DNA of 24,896 nt from a virus (lineage: Duplodnaviria > Caudoviricetes). A program made the translations under genes and the position numbers. The notes under the pieces were generated by a model. It did no database searches. It was not told the DNA's origin and was given only the letters and a program-made list of their open reading frames with translations. The stretch covers positions 1 through 24,896 of the IMG/VR virus record IMGVR_UViG_3300032266_001215. The stretch is one strand, 5' to 3'. Shown here in pieces: positions 19,601 through 24,896 of this stretch; position 1 is the first letter of the stretch; the number at the start of each line of letters is the position of its first letter.

Positions 19601-19635
19601 TAATAGCCTGGGAATTTAAAAACTTGATCTGGCAT
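16609..19635 (-). CDS. contractile tail sheath protein, gp18-like, copy A (1008 aa)
   Basis: FKFPGYYDREIDLT, KGPAFIP, FQTKFG, GGFDG, YFPDV, PWFAPAGFNRA, VNPIVKFP, FAQKTL, INVQRM, IYLLPVKAVEFIALDF; AAGGA RBS. Confidence 0.93.
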   Translation of the reverse strand: MPDQVFKFPGYYDREIDLTARVVAPNGVPAGIVGSSVKGPAFIPYTLGSFSDFQTKFGGFNPNLTAPYAVEKFLQNRNALTFIRVLGAGSNTTSIDIAATQTAGIVKNAGFKLSASNGWGTVANSTRAVGAVQFLVARHDLQPGESAPSGFPMFTDNNSYVDASLGVNLVRGVIFAASGSRVMIMSASNEAFTPGLNDTAIYSTPANSEEPYFKIVISTSLGTSYATDDGFVGVKIYSASFNPTSDLYFGKLLNTDPSKFEEEQHYLYADFAVDDEVATVVQSNINGVLIASGTLNTSTTSGLPNEKFLAAYGRFDTRYTTPRTPAFISQPYGSTEHDLFHIEALDDGQYISDKIKISVQSLQASTNPIYPYGTFAITVRQFGDTDINQAVIEQFTDLTLDPDSDNYIGKIIGDAKAYFNFDVEDPDDRRIVRSGKYANKSNYIRVVISDAVEQKMVPSSVLPFGFRGVDVLNTNPKFTDVSSSIASERRLVGIGSQNTFGCEGAIVPPVPYRYKVTRNSGSLEITDARLFWGVKFERNNNNVENVNINNEQNRFIAAATKFAGISKLDVVVTGSSKDNFNNNKFTLARVAVSGVNDISGLTGTASTQMRKAQYIRNGVVDPTTYNVNGFVTFASLVHEGTQPITFNKYNNYAKFTTFLYGGFDGVNILDKHAVRFDDKSTSIEVDGGAYSAFVSPGFSANQNGIGIENNQINSYRIATDIITNPIASNINLLSLPGQREPFVTDYASDRASGFGLALYLMDIPNYNSSGDRIFDGEILGTSSFIDVQQTANNFDIRSIDNTFVSAYFPDVIIADPQTNKRITVPATVAALAAIGYNDKVAYPWFAPAGFNRAALNFVTLTRTRVNQGEREKLYQVRVNPIVKFPNEGYVIFAQKTLDGAGTSLDSINVQRMIMDVQRQVIDIGNKLIWQQLTPALYNEFISRVTPILSLVQNRGGLRQFKVVCDNTNNTMLDRENNKMNAKIYLLPVKAVEFIALDFIVTREGVQFG

Positions 19636-19683
19636 TTGGTTTATCCTTCTTCTTCAAATCAGCGTTGAAGCCTTTTCTTTTTC

Positions 19684-19689
19684 TAATTA
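19684..19689 (-). promoter_or_regulatory. TAnTTA putative late-promoter element (TAATTA) upstream of sheath A
   Basis: Intergenic, 48 nt before the ATG. Confidence 0.4.
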
Positions 19690-19712
19690 GGGGTTACTAC
19701 ACCACTATTTCT

Positions 19713-20945
19713 TCATTTGGATGATATTAAATATTCTTCTAAAGTTTCAATATCTGAAGCTGCAAACACTGTTTCTCCCTTTTTTTGATTGACATCTAAG
19801 ATAGATACGTATTTCTTATGCTTCTTTCCAGTTATTGGGTCAATTAAAGTCTTATTAAGAGCAAATTTTTGTAATGTAGTTTCAGTTTGTTTTGTTGCGG
19901 GGTCCATATCGATATCTGTTAATGTAAAACCGTCATTAGGAGTATCTTTGATTGGAGGTCTTTCCAAAACGTCTTTTGGTTGTATATCTCCAGCTATTGC
20001 AATATCAAATACTAAGTTTGGACAACTAATCGATCTTCTTACAGGAACAGCATTTGTAGGCGCTTGAGCAGCCAATAAATAACCTTTAACGTTAATATTA
20101 AAGGTATATTTTATAAGACGCTCCTCACCTTCAAACTGATCGATGTTTTCTCCATTGGAGAAACTGTCTTCTGTGTATGCAAGAAACCAATAACCTTTAT
20201 CGGTTTCTAATTTATGCCCTCTAAACTGTGGAAGAAAAGAGGTCATATATGTTTGAATAAGATATGTCATGTGTTGGGTATAATTCGTCCAAAACACAAC
20301 TTCATACTTCGCAGTAAAAAACTGTGGCTGCGGAATTGTTATTATCTCATATATGTTATTTGCAGATAGTCTATTTTGTAACAATCCACCTTGAACAACT
20401 TCCAATTCATTTTTATCATCGCCGGTAGGTCTATTAGAAGTTGGTAATCCAGAAAGAACGCTTTGTAAGTTCTTTAATCCTTGTTTGTTAATAAGGTTTT
20501 GATAATCTCTATCTTCTGGAGCTAATTTTCTTTTTATTGTTATAACCCCAGTATATTGGTTCATGCCTCTACCGGTAATATCATCAGGAGCTTGTTCTAT
20601 AGCGGTCCTACGAATGGATATAGCTGGAAGAATAAGGACTTTATTTTTATCTCTTGGTGGTTTAAGACGTTTTGCAAGAGCAAATCTTTCACCGGTAGCA
20701 AAGATAACATATGGTTTCTTTACATTTTGCGGACCTTTTGCGGCGCTCACCATGAAAGTATTAAAACCAATAGTCTTATCAAATAAACGATGAATGGCAA
20801 AATCGATATCTTCTATACCAACTGGAGGGATAGTGAAATCTAAGCTTGGCTGATTTTCATAACCACTATCAAGATGATCTTTAGGATTTCTTGGGTCTTG
20901 TGGTATGTTCTGTCTTGTGACATTCTCTTTTGGGTCAACAGCCAT
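19713..20945 (-). CDS. tail terminator / sheath stabilizer, T4 gp15-like (410 aa)
   Basis: DIDFAI, PYVIFATGERF, LILPAISIRRT, P.P......YEVVFWT......LIQ, ERLIKYTFNINVKGYL; position between neck and sheath genes. Confidence 0.75.
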   Translation of the reverse strand: MAVDPKENVTRQNIPQDPRNPKDHLDSGYENQPSLDFTIPPVGIEDIDFAIHRLFDKTIGFNTFMVSAAKGPQNVKKPYVIFATGERFALAKRLKPPRDKNKVLILPAISIRRTAIEQAPDDITGRGMNQYTGVITIKRKLAPEDRDYQNLINKQGLKNLQSVLSGLPTSNRPTGDDKNELEVVQGGLLQNRLSANNIYEIITIPQPQFFTAKYEVVFWTNYTQHMTYLIQTYMTSFLPQFRGHKLETDKGYWFLAYTEDSFSNGENIDQFEGEERLIKYTFNINVKGYLLAAQAPTNAVPVRRSISCPNLVFDIAIAGDIQPKDVLERPPIKDTPNDGFTLTDIDMDPATKQTETTLQKFALNKTLIDPITGKKHKKYVSILDVNQKKGETVFAASDIETLEEYLISSK

Positions 20946-20950
20946 ATATC

Positions 20951-20956
20951 TAAGTA
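20951..20956 (-). promoter_or_regulatory. TAnTTA putative late-promoter element (TACTTA), 5 nt before gp15-like ATG
   Basis: TGA-TACTTA-GATAT-ATG fills the entire 11-nt intergenic gap; no Shine-Dalgarno. Confidence 0.55.
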
Positions 20957-21697
20957 TCAGTCTTCGTTATAGATATCTGTTGGTTCTACGTAAGTTGGAC
21001 TATTATTATCAAAAGAACTTGCTTCCTCTGGTTTATGTGTAGGATCTGGATCCGCATCTATATTAATAATACGAGCGCCTTCGTCTAATGCTATTGGAGC
21101 CATATCTTCTGCCAATCTATTACGCATCTGACGTTTGTCCAACGTTTCTCCTTCAATGTTCTCCGTAAGACCACGTTGTTGTTGCCAAACCTTAGTAACA
21201 TTACTATCAATATACTTAACGCCTTGATCTTTAAGCATTTGTTTAAAGACGTTAACATCAAATTGACCTTTGCGTGCTACTTTGCCTTCTAACTTATAAC
21301 CGGTTGTATATTCTACTTGACCGTATATGTTGTTAATAGGAACGAAAGTAACTAACTCATATAGTTGGTCGCCATAAAGGAAGAAGTCGCCTTCATTAAG
21401 GTTATAGCCCTTGTCTAAGAGGTCACGGGCTTGAACAAACAACTCAAACTTATTGACTTGCTCATTACCAAATTGGTTCCATTTAGTTTCCCAGTTGGGT
21501 TGTCCAGCCATAACATCTAAACGAATTGGATTTTCAAATATCTTCTCAATTGCTTCTTCATATATTGGATGAATTTGGGTCTTCATCGTAGAAATAGGAT
21601 AATAAATTATCTGTTGCCCAATTACGTCTTTTACCAATTCCTTGGTAATGTCATTGATAAACTGGATCTCTCGGCTTGTTATGAATAACCTTGACAT
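20957..21697 (-). CDS. neck / head-closure protein, T4 gp14-like (246 aa)
   Basis: ELVKDVIGQQIIYY, IYEEA..K.F..P, FG, EGDF..Y....YE pattern; gp13-gp14-gp15-gp18-gp19 gene order. Confidence 0.75.
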   Translation of the reverse strand: MSRLFITSREIQFINDITKELVKDVIGQQIIYYPISTMKTQIHPIYEEAIEKIFENPIRLDVMAGQPNWETKWNQFGNEQVNKFELFVQARDLLDKGYNLNEGDFFLYGDQLYELVTFVPINNIYGQVEYTTGYKLEGKVARKGQFDVNVFKQMLKDQGVKYIDSNVTKVWQQQRGLTENIEGETLDKRQMRNRLAEDMAPIALDEGARIINIDADPDPTHKPEEASSFDNNSPTYVEPTDIYNED

Positions 21698-21702
21698 ATA
21701 GA

Positions 21703-21708
21703 TAAATA
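21703..21708 (-). promoter_or_regulatory. TAnTTA putative late-promoter element (TATTTA), 5 nt before gp14-like ATG
   Basis: TATTTA-TCTAT-ATG; no Shine-Dalgarno. Confidence 0.55.
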
Positions 21709-21734
21709 GGGCAACCTGACATTATAATGTAATT

Positions 21735-21932
21735 TCAAACAGTTCTTGCAGCCGGATTTGATTGAGATTTCTTATATCTATCAACAAATACGTTATATAA
21801 CTCAAATAATCTTTTCATCGCTTGGGCTAAAGAATAAACCCCGATCATTGCAGGAGATAATTTTTGGATATCAATATCTTCTTCCAATTGCTCTTTGATT
21901 ATAAGACGGATATATTCTTTTAATAGGTTCAT
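21735..21932 (-). CDS. 65-aa paralog of the upstream 449-aa protein lacking its central domain
   Basis: aa 1-38 align to aa 1-38 of the upstream gene and aa 39-65 to about aa 345-370; exact DNA matches of 24 nt (21909-21932 = 23272-23295) and 20 nt (21793-21812 = 22238-22257). Confidence 0.8.
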   Translation of the reverse strand: MNLLKEYIRLIIKEQLEEDIDIQKLSPAMIGVYSLAQAMKRLFELYNVFVDRYKKSQSNPAARTV

Positions 21933-21945
21933 GTGGGTGGGTGGC

Positions 21946-23295
21946 TCATCTTTTAGTTCTTATTGCTGGTGCTTTTTTAGTCGTCCGTGCTGGGGCTTTT
22001 TTGGTTGGACGAGCTGGTGCAGGAGCGGGAGCAGCAGGTGCTCTGCGAGGTCTTCTTGCTGGAGCGGGTTCAGGGAATGGAGAAGGTTCTCTTTTGGCTG
22101 CTAAACTCTGTCTGGCAGCGTTTAGTTGGGCTGGTGTTACCTGCTCACGATCATATATGTTCTCTGCCGCTTTCGCAGCTTGTTTACGAGCTGGTTGAGC
22201 GGTAGATAGACCAACCGTATAACGCTGCAACATTTGATTATATAACTCAAATAATCTCGTTAACGCTTTTCTTGCTTCTAGCGTATTGTATCTTAGTTTA
22301 TATTCTTGCGGCTTAATATTTCCCACGTTAGTGCTTGGACTTGGTGCTTGTTGATATTTACTAAATATTTTATAAACAACGTTTTTAACGTCAATAGGTT
22401 GACCAGCTTCCACTTCATAACTAATAGCCATGTTAATGACATTTCCAAGCAATTCTTCGTCTTCCATGGATTGTTTCCAAGCAATTTTTCCAGGGCTACC
22501 TTTGCCTAATGTTGGTGCTCCGAAATTATCCGGATCTGCTGGATCAAGTTTAGCATTGGAGATATCAACATTTCCCCAAGATCTGTGTCCAAAAATACCT
22601 GGTTGAACGCCGCCTGGACCATATACGGATTTCCATATCGTATAGCCGATATATTTGAAGTTATCTTTGTTAACAGTATTTCCGTATATTTTAACGTTCT
22701 TATTCTTAATTTTTGGCCAAACTGTTTTAACAAACCAATTGCTATATTCGGTAGGTTTTTTCAATTCAAATGTTTTTTCAAAAACTGAATATGGTAACTT
22801 ATACCCAAATGTTTTTTCAAACTTATCCGTAAAATCCGCAATTTCATCTTTTTTCAAAGTTATTTTATTGAATTTGGAAGGAGTACCGCCATATTGGCCA
22901 GAAGCCTCGAGGCTTTCTCTTCTTCTGGCTATTGCTTTGGCAAGGTGTCCAGTAATCGTATGCATAATATCATGAGTTTCATTATCGCCACTCATGAAAG
23001 TTCCTGCTTTAGAAGGATCAATATATAATTTGAAAGTAGAGCCGGTATGCTGAAGGGATACTCCAGAATTTCTTTCTGTATCTGTTATCATTGGAGCAGA
23101 CTTTAATTCTTTTCCGGAACTAATAATGTCTATTGGCAAGGCTCCAGGCAATGCATCTCCCTCATAGATTAGCTTATTAATAGCTTGAGCAAGAGAATAA
23201 ATGCCTAACATTCCAGGATTTAGACGTTTTAGGTTAACGTCTTCATCCATAGCTTCTTTAACAAGTAATGTGATATATTCTTTTAATAGGTTCAT
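21946..23295 (-). CDS. hypothetical protein (449 aa) with MNLLKEYI leader, HDxxH motif and Ala/Pro/Lys/Arg-rich tail
   Basis: Long ORF co-oriented with the module; ETHDIMHTITGH at aa 106-117; C-tail PAPARRPRRAPAAPAPAPARPTKKAPARTTKKAPAIRTKR. Confidence 0.85.
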   Translation of the reverse strand: MNLLKEYITLLVKEAMDEDVNLKRLNPGMLGIYSLAQAINKLIYEGDALPGALPIDIISSGKELKSAPMITDTERNSGVSLQHTGSTFKLYIDPSKAGTFMSGDNETHDIMHTITGHLAKAIARRRESLEASGQYGGTPSKFNKITLKKDEIADFTDKFEKTFGYKLPYSVFEKTFELKKPTEYSNWFVKTVWPKIKNKNVKIYGNTVNKDNFKYIGYTIWKSVYGPGGVQPGIFGHRSWGNVDISNAKLDPADPDNFGAPTLGKGSPGKIAWKQSMEDEELLGNVINMAISYEVEAGQPIDVKNVVYKIFSKYQQAPSPSTNVGNIKPQEYKLRYNTLEARKALTRLFELYNQMLQRYTVGLSTAQPARKQAAKAAENIYDREQVTPAQLNAARQSLAAKREPSPFPEPAPARRPRRAPAAPAPAPARPTKKAPARTTKKAPAIRTKR

Positions 23296-23346
23296 AGCTT
23301 CGTCTTTCTAATTGGTAGCGTTCCACTTATCATTATATATAGATGG

Positions 23347-23355
23347 ATCAGAGGG
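23347..23355. repeat. 9-bp direct repeat ATCAGAGGG, copy 1 (abuts endonuclease stop codon)
   Basis: Identical to 24344-24352. Confidence 0.7.
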
Positions 23356-24315
23356 TCAACCAATAAATAGTTTCCAACCATGAACACTCTTAAGCTTACC
23401 CTTATATACCTTGCATAAACCGCTACTGTCTAACCCATGCTCTTTGGCAAACTCATTCAAGTTCTTAATCTGATCATATACAACCCCATCCGGAGATATT
23501 AATGGCGGTCTTACTTCCATCTCTTCCATCTTACGCTTGTTATATTCTTGCAAGTTACGGATGCTTGTTTCATCCATTTTCTTCTTAAAATCTGGATCTT
23601 CCACATACTTTTTATTAATAGAAGCTACCTTTGTTTTACCATCTGTTCGATATCTCTCTTTTAATGCCGCATCCTCTTTCATTCTCTTGCGAAATGTCTC
23701 ACGACCCTTCGGTTGATGTTCTAAAAGATTTTTAACCGTTTTATCTTTATATTCGGCGTCTAACATCAATTCCTTGAAAACACGAGATTGCTTCTCCTTA
23801 CGCTCCTCGTTTCCATCCCAAGAACGTATATGACCTATACGCTTTCTCTCTTTAACTTCCGGTTCCGAAAGAGCTTCCTTTATAGCTTTACTACACTTCT
23901 CACGATATTCCGGATTTTCCCAATTCTTCTTAGAAGCAGCAGATACCTTAAGTCTCGTCTCTTCCGGATCTTTTGCTTTATAGCCTTCCCTACTTATCGC
24001 TCTATCACACAAGTTATAACAATCTTTACCATTGTCATAATGTTCCCTAATATATCGCTCCTCTATGATTAAGCGACCTTGTTTATCACATTCAGTTGTC
24101 TCAATAATCTCGAATACAAATGCTTCAGCTCCACATTTGTTATAATCCGATTGAAGAAACTTATTCTGATGCTTATTAGCTTTTAATGAAGTTGCGTGTT
24201 GGCTCCATCTACGTTTAAACTCTTTTGCAGAGCCAATGTAGATCCTGCCATTGATTTTATTTATTATCTTATAAATGCCGCTTTTTAATGATTTGCCTTC
24301 AAACTTGTATTCCAT
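23356..24315 (-). CDS. free-standing GIY-YIG homing endonuclease (Seg-like, 319 aa)
   Basis: GIYKIINKINGRIYIGS..F..RW..H, FEIIE, conserved E and YN; helical basic repeats; C-terminal HTH-like NLNEFAKEHGLDSSGLCKVYKGKLKSVHGWK. GAGGT RBS supports ATG 24315 rather than 24345. Confidence 0.9.
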   Translation of the reverse strand: MEYKFEGKSLKSGIYKIINKINGRIYIGSAKEFKRRWSQHATSLKANKHQNKFLQSDYNKCGAEAFVFEIIETTECDKQGRLIIEERYIREHYDNGKDCYNLCDRAISREGYKAKDPEETRLKVSAASKKNWENPEYREKCSKAIKEALSEPEVKERKRIGHIRSWDGNEERKEKQSRVFKELMLDAEYKDKTVKNLLEHQPKGRETFRKRMKEDAALKERYRTDGKTKVASINKKYVEDPDFKKKMDETSIRNLQEYNKRKMEEMEVRPPLISPDGVVYDQIKNLNEFAKEHGLDSSGLCKVYKGKLKSVHGWKLFIG

Positions 24316-24344
24316 ATACTTACCTCTCTTATAGTAAGTATACA
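24313..24344 (-). promoter_or_regulatory. RBS/start-codon-sequestering hairpin whose 5' arm contains a TACTTA promoter-like element
   Basis: Perfect 9-bp inverted repeat TATACTTAC (24315-24323) / GTAAGTATA (24334-24342), 10-nt loop, extendable by two G-U pairs over the AUG. Confidence 0.7.
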
Positions 24345-24352
24345 TCAGAGGG
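24344..24352. repeat. 9-bp direct repeat ATCAGAGGG, copy 2
   Basis: Identical to 23347-23355; lies at the outer edge of the hairpin. Confidence 0.7.
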
Positions 24353-24366
24353 GGCGTTTTGACTAC

Positions 24367-24896
24367 TCATCCCGTAAATAATGTATATTTTGGGGGGAAA
24401 GGCATATGTTGCAATAGTTTCATATTATTTTCTGCTCTATTTGCTTCAAGCTCTGCAAGTTTATCGTAGGTCAAGGCATCAAGTTTAGTGATAATGCCAG
24501 TATCACCAACCAACAAATCTTTCTTATCTTCTCTTCCTTGAGCAAGTAGTTCATCACCGTTAAGAGTTAATTCTGCGCCTGGAATTGGGATTGTCTTCAT
24601 CTTGGTTCTAACAAGTCCAAGAAGTTCTTTGGCAAGAGCCAAAGTATAAAGAATAATCCAATTTCTACTCCATGGGTTGAGAGAAGAATACGTTATAAAG
24701 CCCGCAGGAATGTTTCCTGGGTTACTGACACCGAACAACACGGAGGACGGTGTAGCAGGATCCTGGAGGCTTCCAGACGCCTCTAATGAGCCGCTGAAGT
24801 ATGTGCCAGCAATCCCTGGAACAGCCGAGGGTGGAAAGCCAACTCTTAACCACAATTTATCATTAAAGAACGGAATAAGATTATTTGGAGTTGGGA
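24367..24896 (-). CDS. neck protein, T4 gp13-like (C-terminal part; 5' end off window)
   Basis: Frame open to the right edge (PTPNNLIPFFNDKLWLRV...). WIILYTLALAKELLGLVR.K....IPG...LNGDELLAQGREDK resembles the gp13 C-terminal W..Y..ALAKE..G......PGG...G......A pattern. Confidence 0.85.
   Translation of the reverse strand, partial: PTPNNLIPFFNDKLWLRVGFPPSAVPGIAGTYFSGSLEASGSLQDPATPSSVLFGVSNPGNIPAGFITYSSLNPWSRNWIILYTLALAKELLGLVRTKMKTIPIPGAELTLNGDELLAQGREDKKDLLVGDTGIITKLDALTYDKLAELEANRAENNMKLLQHMPFPPKYTLFTG

Noticed and set aside
9573-20945. Extracellular contractile injection system (Afp/PVC) or tailocin, suggested by multiple sheath genes
   Set aside because: gp13/gp14-like neck genes imply a capsid; a free-standing homing endonuclease and T4-like gene order indicate a phage; no Afp15-like ATPase in the window.
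21691-21730. Sigma70-like TTGACA (21691) and TATAAT (21723) within a 12-bp palindrome ACATTATAATGT (21719-21730)
   Set aside because: Spacing of 26 nt is far from 17 and it points antisense; the palindrome is single-copy and AT-rich, so chance cannot be excluded.
22264-23181. Intein or intron as the explanation for the 306-aa extra segment
   Set aside because: No N-terminal Cys/Ser or C-terminal His-Asn followed by Cys/Ser/Thr at the junctions, no LAGLIDADG motif, and no sign of intron structure.
10010-24072. Short overlapping plus-strand and alternate-frame ORFs inside structural and endonuclease genes
   Set aside because: Fully nested in well-supported CDSs, with no recognisable motifs or translation signals.
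23296-24366. Group I intron hosting the GIY-YIG gene
   Set aside because: Flanking non-coding stretches are only about 50-60 nt and both neighbouring genes look complete at these ends, so the gene is free-standing.
1-24896. Stop-codon reassignment (alternative genetic code)
   Set aside because: Genes are full length under the standard code, coding density is high, and TAA, TAG and TGA all end genes at sensible boundaries.
1-24896. CRISPR array, tRNA, rRNA or IS element
   Set aside because: No regularly spaced repeats, cloverleaf-like segments or transposase motifs seen; intergenic gaps are all under about 90 nt.

Overview
AT-rich window from a large T4-like (myovirus-type) bacteriophage genome, read in the standard genetic code. 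It holds the neck/tail morphogenesis module, almost all on the minus strand. In transcription order (right to left): gp13-like neck (partial), a free-standing GIY-YIG homing endonuclease, two paralogous 'MNLLKEYI' genes, gp14-like neck, gp15-like tail terminator, two tandem ~1000-aa tail sheath paralogs, an acidic DxDxDG protein, gp19-like tail tube, a 508-aa protein with a tandem domain duplication, a gp26-like tail assembly chaperone with a probable +1/-2 programmed frameshift, a four-gene opposite-strand island ending in a Nudix hydrolase, a 1627-aa tape measure protein, a 57-aa ORF and a >588-aa ORF running off the left edge. The last two are missing from the supplied ORF track. Main leads: (1) a recurring LLKEYI..(I/L)xE tag and LxE sites suggesting capsid-packaged, protease-processed cargo proteins interleaved among the structural genes, including a 65-aa 'empty carrier' paralog; (2) the chaperone frameshift; (3) twin sheaths; (4) a TAnTTA putative late-promoter element, four copies lying 5-6 nt from an ATG (leaderless); (5) an RBS-sequestering hairpin and 9-bp flanking direct repeats at the homing endonuclease. 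All family assignments come from motif recognition by eye and gene order, not from database searches.
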